IMG/VR virus record: IMGVR_UViG_3300020439_000004
Location: 1-64,000 of that record
DNA from: a virus
Strand: one strand, 5' to 3'
Length of the DNA: 64,000 nucleotides
Shown here: one piece after another, positions 29,589-37,858 of the stretch
Position numbering within the stretch: the stretch's first letter is position 1
Layout: each line of letters starts with the position of its first letter
Made by a program: the position numbers and the translations under genes
Notes under the pieces: generated by a model
Database searches by the model: none
The model's input: only the letters and a program-made list of their open reading frames with translations
What the model was told of the DNA's origin: nothing

Positions 29589-29846
29589 TTATACTATGAC
29601 ATCTATACTGTCAACATATAAATTTCTGTACTTCTCAGTGCCAGAGTCATCAACGTCTGAAACTTTTGCGGTTATAAACTGCTCGCTTGTTTCAACGTGT
29701 CTGCCAACTCTGTCAATGGAGTTGATTTTAAAAGTTCTAGTTCTATCTCCTGTAACAGAAGATTCTTTTTTTGTGTTTGTGTATCTAACAGTTTTACCTG
29801 CTAAGAATGATGCTAGTTGTGTAGGATTTAAGTGTTCTAATTTCAT
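29589..29846 (-). CDS. hypothetical protein (possibly SH3/Sm-like barrel)
   Basis: Own promoter; beta-rich pattern ending YRNLYVDSI. Confidence 0.6.
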   Translation of the reverse strand: MKLEHLNPTQLASFLAGKTVRYTNTKKESSVTGDRTRTFKINSIDRVGRHVETSEQFITAKVSDVDDSGTEKYRNLYVDSIDVIV

Positions 29847-29889
29847 ATAGGTAATTTAGCACATATTTAAAATGGGTGCAAGTATTTTT

Positions 29890-30096
29890 TTATTTTTTTG
29901 TTAAAGGTTTCGCTTCAACGTCAGAGATGTCAGTGCCGACAAACCTAACATTAAACTCAAGTTGATCGTTGGGTTCATCAGGATTATGAAGAAGATCTTT
30001 AGCAACGATTTCGCCATTTTCAACAAAGAGGCAAAAACCTCCATCTACAGCGGCACTATTTAGATGTGCCATTATTTCATCAATTCTATTTTTCAT
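29890..30096 (-). CDS. hypothetical protein
   Basis: Start moved to MKNRIDE by promoter position. Confidence 0.65.
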   Translation of the reverse strand: MKNRIDEIMAHLNSAAVDGGFCLFVENGEIVAKDLLHNPDEPNDQLEFNVRFVGTDISDVEAKPLTKK

Positions 30097-30161
30097 ATAA
30101 GGTAATTTAGCATAGGTTGAAATTAATTGCAAGTATTTTTTTGTATTTAAATTAATTTTTT

Positions 30162-30341
30162 TTAGAGGTAAGCCGAGTCGAATAATCCATTTACTTCTTT
30201 TATAAGCGAGTCAACTTTTTCTTCTATGTCTACCGAAGCGAACTTCATAGCGTCTGGATCATATGATTCTACCATGTCCATTTTGAAGTCGTTAAGTATA
30301 GCGTTCAAATCTTCTATTAATTCTTTTGCGGTTGTGTCCAT
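30162..30341 (-). CDS. 59-aa acidic protein (below ORF-track cutoff)
   Basis: MDTTAKELIEDLN...DSAYL; own promoter TTGACA-N17-TACAGT. Confidence 0.65.
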   Translation of the reverse strand: MDTTAKELIEDLNAILNDFKMDMVESYDPDAMKFASVDIEEKVDSLIKEVNGLFDSAYL

Positions 30342-30444
30342 GGCGTACTGTACAGGTTAAAGGCGAAGGTGTCAAATATTTATTTATATTTTTCCGTGCA
30401 AGGTTGTAGGTTATACTAACAAATACCAAATATTGCTTGACAAC

Positions 30445-30590
30445 GTAACTCGTTGAGTATCAACGAGTTATGAAGATGACGACTTGGTACTTTATTCAAG
30501 TAGAAACTTCTGTATGTCGTTGGTTATCAAGGAGTTACACATTCGGCGACATGCCGCGTCGTCGTAACTCCCTCAGTATCAAGGAGTTAC
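30445..30590. repeat. tripartite element copy 4 (30512-30590) plus a solo arm (30445-30471)
   Basis: Solo GTAACTCGTTG-AGTAT-CAACGAGTTAT; then GTATGTCGTTG-GTTAT-CAAGGAGTTAC / 25 bp containing GCGACATGCCGC / GTAACTCCCTC-AGTAT-CAAGGAGTTAC. Confidence 0.9.
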
Positions 30591-30710
30591 GAGGCTTTTA
30601 TGCGATTACCTCAAGGCGATGAAAAATTAACCAGACCAGAACTGCCCGCCGCAATGCCTAACTCTTTACTAAAACTCTAACATTATTCTAACACTAACAA
30701 AACTCTAACA

Positions 30711-31454
30711 CTACCCGAATCTTTTTTTTATGATCATGTCGCACAACTCCTCTAACTGATCAACAATTTCTTTTTTGTTCTCTTTGAATCGTAGATCATT
30801 GTGCATGAAGTGAAGCTTGAATTTTATATCTGCTAACTCTCTTAAAAGATTACTTCTATTTTGATTTTGAATTTTTTCAGTCATGATTTTTATTACAATG
30901 TTAGTTTACTGAAAGGTGTCTGCCAATCGGTCGGGTCTTTCTCGCCGAAGACTATTGCGTCGGTTCTCTCGCTATGATCTGCGAGAGCTTTATCAAGGCG
31001 AGCTTCAAGGCGCTTGAAGTTTTCAGCAGTGTCAGTGCTGATGTTCAGATCCATAGCCATAGCCTGAGCTTGACCAGATGCACCGATGACCTCCGCGCGG
31101 AGTTGATCGGCGATTTTCATTAACTCAATTATTTGTTCATCATTTTTCATAACGTAAGTATAGTGTAGATTTGAATTAAAAGCAAGTTTTTTTTTATTAG
31201 TCTATGGAGTTTATAACTGAGAGGTGGGCTAAAAGCATGAGAGAGCTTTCATTCCTTTTCAGATCCGAACCTTTGCCTTGTTTGCAAAGTCCTATAGCGT
31301 TATTAACCATGTGTTTACAGAATGCAAGCTCTGCTTCAGATTTAAGATTAAGATCTCTAGCAATTTGAAAGTTTAGAAGATCTGCGTCTTCAGTGAAACG
31401 AGGCGCTGATTTGACTACCGCCTCCGCGATTTTTAAAGTAATTTTATCTTTCAT
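30711..31454 (-). CDS. three small helical hypothetical genes (30711-30884, 30893-31150, 31197-31454)
   Basis: The last two have their own promoters; the first is below the ORF-track cutoff. Confidence 0.6.
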
Positions 31455-31562
31455 GATTATACTATAGCACACTTTCAGAAAAAAGCAAGTAAAAAAAGTA
31501 TTTTTTATTTATTTTTATTTATTTTTATTTTTCGCTTGACAAAGGTTTTCGTAAAAACTTAC

Positions 31563-31642
31563 GTAAGTCGTTGAGTGTGAAGGAGTTGCAGCCGCCGCGG
31601 TATGCCGCCGCCCGCGTAACCCGTTGATTTTCAACGAGTTAC
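31563..31642. repeat. tripartite element copy 5
   Basis: GTAAGTCGTTG-AGTGT-GAAGGAGTTGC / 26 bp containing GCGGTATGCCGC / GTAACCCGTTG-ATTTT-CAACGAGTTAC. Confidence 0.9.
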
Positions 31643-31657
31643 GCAAGATTTTACTGG

Positions 31658-32227
31658 TCAATCCCAGTAGTCCCAGATGACCTTGTTGCCCCTTTTCAGC
31701 ACGAAATGGCTCATGGTAGGCACACCCTGCGCCCCGTAGTGGCGGGTGGTCACAGAGCATTCTGGCCCCTTGTACTCACCCCTGTTGCTCCTACGGCGGG
31801 GGTTCATGGCACAGGCCAACTTAGGCGAGCGCGACATGGACACGGTGACCTCCTCGCCGTGGTCCCAGTTGCCGCCGCAAGATGGCGGGTTGCATTCGTA
31901 TGTGGTGCGGGTCAAGATGAATAGATTTGAATTTCTCATGATGTAACTATAGCACAGATTAGAATTAAAAGCAAGAACTTTTTTGTGTTTTTTTTTTGCT
32001 CACCCCTCGGTGAGCGCGTCGAGGTGCAGATCAGGCTCATCCTGCTTTGCCCATTTTGCATCCATGTGAGCGCGAGCGTCATCCATGCGGCTGTCAAGCC
32101 ACGCCTCGAATTCCTCGCGCTCCTGCGCCTCATTTAGAAGCTCGTTGATCGCGCGGTTGTCCACGCCGAACTCCGTGCCTTCGTTAGTAAGATCTCTGAT
32201 GTCTGAAGTAGTAAGTGAATTTTTCAT
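31658..32227 (-). CDS. two GC-richer hypothetical genes (31658-31939, 32000-32227)
   Basis: Each has a promoter 5-6 nt before its ATG. Confidence 0.65.
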
Positions 32228-32329
32228 GCCTGACTATACCACAGGCTAAAAGAAAAGTCAAAACTTTTTTGTTATTTTTTTCACTTTTTTTGCTTTTTTT
32301 ATTTGACAAGCTTTTGCGTAGGAACTTCT

Positions 32330-32408
32330 GTAAGTGCTTGATTATCAACGAGTTACAGCCGCGGCGGCATTCCGCGCCCGCGTAACTCCTTGAGGCTCAA
32401 CGAGTTAC
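32330..32408. repeat. tripartite element copy 6
   Basis: GTAAGTGCTTG-ATTAT-CAACGAGTTAC / 25 bp containing GCGGCATTCCGC / GTAACTCCTTG-AGGCT-CAACGAGTTAC. Confidence 0.9.
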
Positions 32409-33942
32409 GAAGATTTTTTGTCATTCCATTCTCGCCACTTTTGTAGTACAGTGTTAGGGTCTTTGTGATGTCCTAACATTATTTTAAAAGTCTCCCATGT
32501 CGGTTTTGGTTCTGTTAGGGATTCCCAAGCTTGCTTTCTTTGTTTTGGTGTCATGTTAGAGTTTAGTGCTTCTGTTAGAAAGTTTTGAGCTGACTCGCGC
32601 CAGCTCTTTAGTTTTTCTCTGCCTGATTTTGACATTGTTAGGAAACTCCGTTAAGTTTATTAACCGCTCTATTGAGCCACACCATAACGAAAGCCCACAC
32701 TAACGGAAGCCCAAACATGATGAACAAGATTGTGCCACCAGTTAAACCGTGAACGCTTTTCCTAAGTGACAGCCAAGACTCTTCTCCTAATGAGATTGCG
32801 AGCAGACAGATGAAAAGATTAAAGGCGTTTGTGATTAGACAAGTGATAGTGAACTGGTCGAACAATTGAGTAAAGAATTTTTTCATGATGTAAGTATAGT
32901 TGAATTTAAAGTTAATGCAAGTTTTTATTTTGTTATTTCTAGTTTTCTGACAGAGGCTATACTTGCGTTGAATTTTCTAGCAAAGAACCCAAGTTTTTCG
33001 TTTGTGTTTTTTGCTGTGGCTATGAGGGCATTGAGCTGTCTCATTTGCTTAAGTGTCGCCTCCTGCTTTTCCTTATCGGATAGTTGGTTGCTTTCAGAGA
33101 TCCACTGCACAAGGCTTTCAGTTGCTTTGATGGTGGCTTCAATTTTTAACATTTCTTTTGTTTTCATGTTTTAACTATAGCACAGATTTTTATTTAACGC
33201 AAGTATTTATTTTATTTTTTTTTAGAACCAAGCTTCTAAGATTTCTTCCTCTACTACTTCGAAGACCTCATCTAATTCTTTGACCTCAACGTGTACGCAG
33301 TTATCTTCAATGTGAAACACAACCCCAGTGTCAACGAACTCTAAGTTTTCGCCATGCTTGAAAGTTACATTGTCGTTTATATCTATATCAGTTATTTTCA
33401 TGTCTCTACTATACCACAGGTTCAAGTTAAACGCAAGATCTTTTTTGTTTTATTTTTCGCATCCTATGCGGGCGGCTTCACCTGTCACGGATGTGTTTTT
33501 ACCTTTATGCTCACCCTCCATGATTTCACCAGAGCAGATTGGCTCGCCATTGTGAAAGCCATAGGTGGAAGGAAAGCACTTGACCTTGTAGCCGTTAAAG
33601 GTGACAATGTAGCGAGTGCGGTTAAGGAGTTCTGGATTTATTACTAACATGTTTATACTATAGCACAGTTTAAGTTAAAAGTCAAGGATAAAAGTATATT
33701 TTTTTTTATTTTTTTATAGTCAACGTGTTGAGCATAGGCGACCAGTCACGGCTAACCATGTCAGCCAAGCTCTCGCTTATATCGTCTATAGAGTCTATAG
33801 CGATCTCCTGCTCGCCTCCGTCTTGATCGACACCCCACACAAACCCATTTTCGAAGTCTGTATCTACAACAACGAACCACTCACCGCGGGCAGTGATCTC
33901 AGTTCCATTTCCTAAACGACTAATTAATTCTTTGTTTTTCAT
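32405..33942 (-). CDS. six small early-type genes (32405-32635, 32638-32886 with two TM helices, 32925-33167, 33222-33401, 33450-33650, 33706-33942)
   Basis: Five have their own promoters; starts 33401 and 33942 corrected by promoter position. Confidence 0.7.
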
Positions 33943-34133
33943 GTGGTAAGTATACCATACATTTAGCAAAAAGTCAATGGCTAAAAGTAAAAAAATTAAA
34001 GTTTTTTTGCAGAGGGGAGGGTTTTTTGAGAATTTTTGACTTTTCAGTTGACAGTCGAAGCCGCGGGGGGTGGTGATTTCTATAAACATCTTGCCACCAA
34101 AAGCGTAATATGTGTAAAATTATTTAACTATAT

Positions 34134-34805
34134 ATGTCATATAAGCAAAACAGGTCTTTGGGCCACATTGAGTTAACAGAAAAGCAGTCAGAGTTTCATA
34201 AGATTATGAGAAGCCCACAAACGCGGGTTGCCTTTATAAGCGGGCCAGCAGGAACGGCGAAGACCTTTTTATCTATATATACAGCATTATATAAACACTA
34301 TGATGATAATCTGCTTAATATCTTATATCTGAGAAGTTTGGCAGAGAGTGCTGATAAGGGGATGGGTTTTCTGAAAGGTACGATGGATGATAAATTTGGA
34401 CCATACGTTGGGCCGTTAGAAGATAAATTGGAGGAGTTGCTGAGTCCCGCAGAAAAGAAACATATTGAAATGAAACAAGTCGTCCAAGCAGCTCCAATTA
34501 ACTTTATGAGAGGAGCTACATGGAGAAATAAAGTTGTGATTGTAGATGAGGCGCAGAATATGACTATAAAAGAACTTACTACAATACTAACAAGAATAAG
34601 CAGAAATAGTACATTGTTTATATGTGGAGATACGATGCAGAGTGATATTAAGAAAACGGGGTTTGCTAGATTTTGTGAAGTATTTGATGATGAGGAGAGT
34701 CGAAGTTATGGGATACATCATTTGGAGTTTACTAAGGATGATGTGATGAGGGATAAGATTATAGGCTATTTAGTAGAAAAAATTGAAAAAAGTAATTTAA
34801 ATTAA
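34134..34805 (+). CDS. phoH: PhoH-family ATPase
   Basis: GPAGTAKT, GFLKG, FMRGAT, IVDEAQN, LTRI, GD..QSD. Confidence 0.92.
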   Translation: MSYKQNRSLGHIELTEKQSEFHKIMRSPQTRVAFISGPAGTAKTFLSIYTALYKHYDDNLLNILYLRSLAESADKGMGFLKGTMDDKFGPYVGPLEDKLEELLSPAEKKHIEMKQVVQAAPINFMRGATWRNKVVIVDEAQNMTIKELTTILTRISRNSTLFICGDTMQSDIKKTGFARFCEVFDDEESRSYGIHHLEFTKDDVMRDKIIGYLVEKIEKSNLN

Positions 34806-34817
34806 TAAAATAAAGCT

Positions 34818-35186
34818 ATGAATAAGATGTTTTGTGTGTCGTGCGGGTTTAAAATACTCTATGAAGTAAGTAAACCTAAGTTTTGTTCTAGTTGTGGGCA
34901 TAATTTAGCAGGAATAACTAAAGCTAAAGTGGCTGAAGAGCCAGAAGAGGAGTCATCTATTGATTCTATTGATGTTAATAAGTTAAAAAGGAATATTTCT
35001 GTTGATTATAGTTCAGCTAAAACAACTTTAAAAGATATAATAGCTAGCTCTACTGCCGCGGATGCTAATCCAGAGTATAAGAGTAGACCAGCTTCAACCA
35101 ATGCTGAAGGAGATGCCTTGCTTAAGCAGATTCAACAAGAATGTGCTTCATCAAGAATGCGAGATGTAGATGAAGGAGGCGTTTGA
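34818..35186 (+). CDS. zinc-ribbon protein
   Basis: FCVSCG...KPKFCSSCG. Confidence 0.7.
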   Translation: MNKMFCVSCGFKILYEVSKPKFCSSCGHNLAGITKAKVAEEPEEESSIDSIDVNKLKRNISVDYSSAKTTLKDIIASSTAADANPEYKSRPASTNAEGDALLKQIQQECASSRMRDVDEGGV

Positions 35187-35850
35187 AGATAAACGCGAAG
35201 ATCTAGATCAACTTTTATTAAAATATAGACCTAAGTGGCAATTAAGCGCATTAGCATGGTTAGACTATGATGACGTTTGTCAGATAATTCGCTTACACGT
35301 TTATAATAAGTGGCATCTTTGGGATCAGTCGCGCCCATTTAAACCTTGGGCTTCTATGATTATCTCTAATCAGATAAAGAATCTGATCAGGAATAATTAT
35401 ACTAGTTTTGCTAAACCATGTTTGCGCTGTCAGTACAACATGGGTGGAACATTGTGTGATTGGACAAAGAGCGGAGATCAGGATAGAACATGTGCTGATT
35501 TCAACAAATGGAAGAAAAAGAAAGAACGGGCGTATAATATTAAGCTTCCATTAACATTAGATGATGGAGTTGCTACTCAAAACACTTCATCTATTAAAGA
35601 TCAAGTAGATTACAAGTTATCATCTGGCAGGTTGCATGAGTTAGTGATGACTCAGCTTAGTGAGCGGCATAAAGCGATATATGCCATGCTTTATATTGAG
35701 CATAAGGATGAGAAAGAGGTTGCTAAGAAATTTGGCTTCAAAGGAGACTCTACTAAAAGAAAAACAATAAGATATAAGCAAATATCTAATTTAAAAAAGA
35801 AATTTTATAGAATCGCAATTAAAATAATAGAGGACAACGATATACTATGA
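35170..35850 (+). CDS. phage-encoded sigma70-family (ECF-like) sigma factor
   Basis: Region 2-like DDVCQ..RL.VYNKWHLWD.SRPFKPW...I..NQIKNLIR; region 4-like LSERHKAIY..LY....EKEVAKKFG; Cys4 insert between them. Confidence 0.7.
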   Translation: MKEAFEDKREDLDQLLLKYRPKWQLSALAWLDYDDVCQIIRLHVYNKWHLWDQSRPFKPWASMIISNQIKNLIRNNYTSFAKPCLRCQYNMGGTLCDWTKSGDQDRTCADFNKWKKKKERAYNIKLPLTLDDGVATQNTSSIKDQVDYKLSSGRLHELVMTQLSERHKAIYAMLYIEHKDEKEVAKKFGFKGDSTKRKTIRYKQISNLKKKFYRIAIKIIEDNDIL

Positions 35851-36908
35851 GTGAAGTAACTTTGACAGAGGAACAAAAACAACAAATAGAAAAATTATTT
35901 AAATCAAACCCCGATTTAAGAGATATCACCCAAAAAGTGTTTGATGATGAGAGTTTGGATGGTAGGTCGAAGCAAGGTAGGGCTGTTAGAGCATTCTTGA
36001 TTAAAAGCGATTTAACCTACAAAACTACTTTGGTTGACAAAGCAGAAGAGATAGATTTAACAACAGAGCAAAAGCAATTTTTAATGAGCAACAATATAGA
36101 GCGCGGAATGAACGCGCTAGAAGTTGCTCGTTTGACTTTTAAGGATAGAGAGATACAACCGCTTAGTCAGCAGCATAGAGTGACTATGGACTTTCTGAGA
36201 AAGTATCGCCCAGAGATAGTTGATGATAATGAAATGCTAACAAATGATAAGTGGTCGCCGCCAAAGTCCTTATCTAGAGCTATCAAAAAAGTCAATGACT
36301 GGGCTGGACAAAACTTTGATGAAATAACAATACAAACAAAACATAAAAAAATGTGCGAAAAGCTCTTGTTGTATCTCAAGAGTCCAAGATTTGTACATTT
36401 TATCAATCAATATTCTACAATAGCAGATAGAGAATTATTTGAGAGTGAATATGTCAGGACTGTATGGGACAAACCTGATTTAACTAATGATGAGCTTAAC
36501 TTGTACATCACTGTATGTACAAACTATGTACGCCAAAAGCATATTCAACAGAGAATAGACAAACTCAATGCTATGCTCAACGATTCTGAGAATGAGCAGA
36601 ATATTACTATAAGACTAACAGAAATAATCAAAGCCACCAGTGAAGAACTCAACCAATGTGAGAAAAGAATAGAATCGCTCACAAAAGATCTTAACGGAAG
36701 TAGGCAAGCGCGACTGAAAGCGCGTGGTGAAGAAAACGGTAGCATCGCAGCGCTCGTCGAAGCGTTTCAAGAAAAAGAAGAGCGAGATCGTATGATTCTA
36801 ATGGCAGAGATGCAAAATAAGCTCGTTGAAGATGAAGCTAATAGACTTGAGACTATGGACGAGTACAAAGCTCGTATACTTGGAATATCTAAAAAAGAAT
36901 TACTCTAA
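35847..36908 (+). CDS. hypothetical coiled-coil protein (terminase small subunit candidate)
   Basis: Position upstream of the terminase; helical. Confidence 0.4.
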   Translation: MSEVTLTEEQKQQIEKLFKSNPDLRDITQKVFDDESLDGRSKQGRAVRAFLIKSDLTYKTTLVDKAEEIDLTTEQKQFLMSNNIERGMNALEVARLTFKDREIQPLSQQHRVTMDFLRKYRPEIVDDNEMLTNDKWSPPKSLSRAIKKVNDWAGQNFDEITIQTKHKKMCEKLLLYLKSPRFVHFINQYSTIADRELFESEYVRTVWDKPDLTNDELNLYITVCTNYVRQKHIQQRIDKLNAMLNDSENEQNITIRLTEIIKATSEELNQCEKRIESLTKDLNGSRQARLKARGEENGSIAALVEAFQEKEERDRMILMAEMQNKLVEDEANRLETMDEYKARILGISKKELL

Positions 36909-37858
36909 TGGAATACAAGTGCAAAGAATGTGATAGAGAATTTGATAGCCGAAGAGGTTTTCATCTTCATTTGAAGGCGCATGCTTTGACTATAGGTGAT
37001 TATTATGTAAAACATTTTGATAGAAGAGATTTATATACAAATGATAGAATTCCATTCAAAAATTATGACCAGTATTTTAGAGATAATTTTACTAGTTATG
37101 ATAATTTTATAAAATGGGTTAATTCTGCTCCTGACAAAGATGTTAAGACACTGCTTAAGTCAAAAGCACAAGATAAATTCTCTTATAAGGGGATCGGTCT
37201 ATCTCCACCGAATCTTTATTATGATTTATCAGAGATGGCTAATATCAACCTCTATAAGAAATTATGGGGAAGCTATTCTAATTTTCTACAAGAATTAGAA
37301 ATAGAGAACTTCTATACAAAATCTCTGCCCCGAAACTTCTGGGATGACCCACATGACGACATAGAGATCTTTGTAGACACAAGAGAGAAAGCCCCACTTA
37401 AATTTAAGAATGCTATACAAAACAAATTAGACTTTGGGGATTATACAGTTGGAGGAGAACTTTACTCTAAAACATTTGTAGATAGGAAAGCACAAGACGA
37501 TTTCAGACACACATTTGGCAAAGACATCAACCGCTTCAGGAGAGAGATGGATAGATGTGTGCAATTTGATTCTTATATGTTTGTTGTAGCAGAAACAAAT
37601 ATAGAAAAACTAGAAAACCATAATAAAAGATCTAAATTCAAATCCAACCTAAGCTATCTCTGGCACAATGTCAGAGGTTTAATGGTAGAATACCCTAGAA
37701 ACTTACAAATCATATTTGCCCACAATAGAGCAGGAGCAAAGAAGATAATACCAAAAATACTTTTTTACGGTAAGGATTTGTGGAATGTAGATTTACAATA
37801 TTTTATAGACGAGAAAGTACATGGCTTGGAACAAAGGAGAACAAGGATATCGGCTTGA
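36908..37858 (+). CDS. C2H2 zinc finger plus ERCC4/XPF-like nuclease
   Basis: CKEC...F....GF..H...H; IFVDTREK.P, LDFGDY, VDRK..DD. Confidence 0.7.
   Translation: MEYKCKECDREFDSRRGFHLHLKAHALTIGDYYVKHFDRRDLYTNDRIPFKNYDQYFRDNFTSYDNFIKWVNSAPDKDVKTLLKSKAQDKFSYKGIGLSPPNLYYDLSEMANINLYKKLWGSYSNFLQELEIENFYTKSLPRNFWDDPHDDIEIFVDTREKAPLKFKNAIQNKLDFGDYTVGGELYSKTFVDRKAQDDFRHTFGKDINRFRREMDRCVQFDSYMFVVAETNIEKLENHNKRSKFKSNLSYLWHNVRGLMVEYPRNLQIIFAHNRAGAKKIIPKILFYGKDLWNVDLQYFIDEKVHGLEQRRTRISA

Larger units (their letters stand above)
27629..33977 (-). promoter_or_regulatory. array of 14 sigma70-type promoters, each 5-7 nt before an ATG
   Basis: TTG(A/C)nn-N16/17-(often TG)-TA(T/A/C)nnT at 27629-27656, 28721-28749, 29853-29881, 30104-30132, 30347-30375, 31157-31185, 31461-31488, 31946-31974, 32233-32261, 32893-32920, 33174-33202, 33408-33436, 33657-33685, 33949-33977. 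Confidence 0.85.

Noticed and set aside
31536-32308. + strand promoters (TTGACA at 31536 and 32303) firing into elements 5 and 6
   Set aside because: No acceptable -10 box at 16-18 bp; these may be part of the element flank instead.
25529-32408. CRISPR array or mini-arrays (repeat-spacer-repeat look)
   Set aside because: The 25-bp spacers resemble each other and are palindromic, the arms are degenerate, copies are dispersed, and no cas genes are present.
25529-32408. Canonical integron attC sites
   Set aside because: Ends do not fit RYYYAAC/GTTRRRY consistently, one copy is inverted, the genes have their own promoters, and no integrase is in the window.
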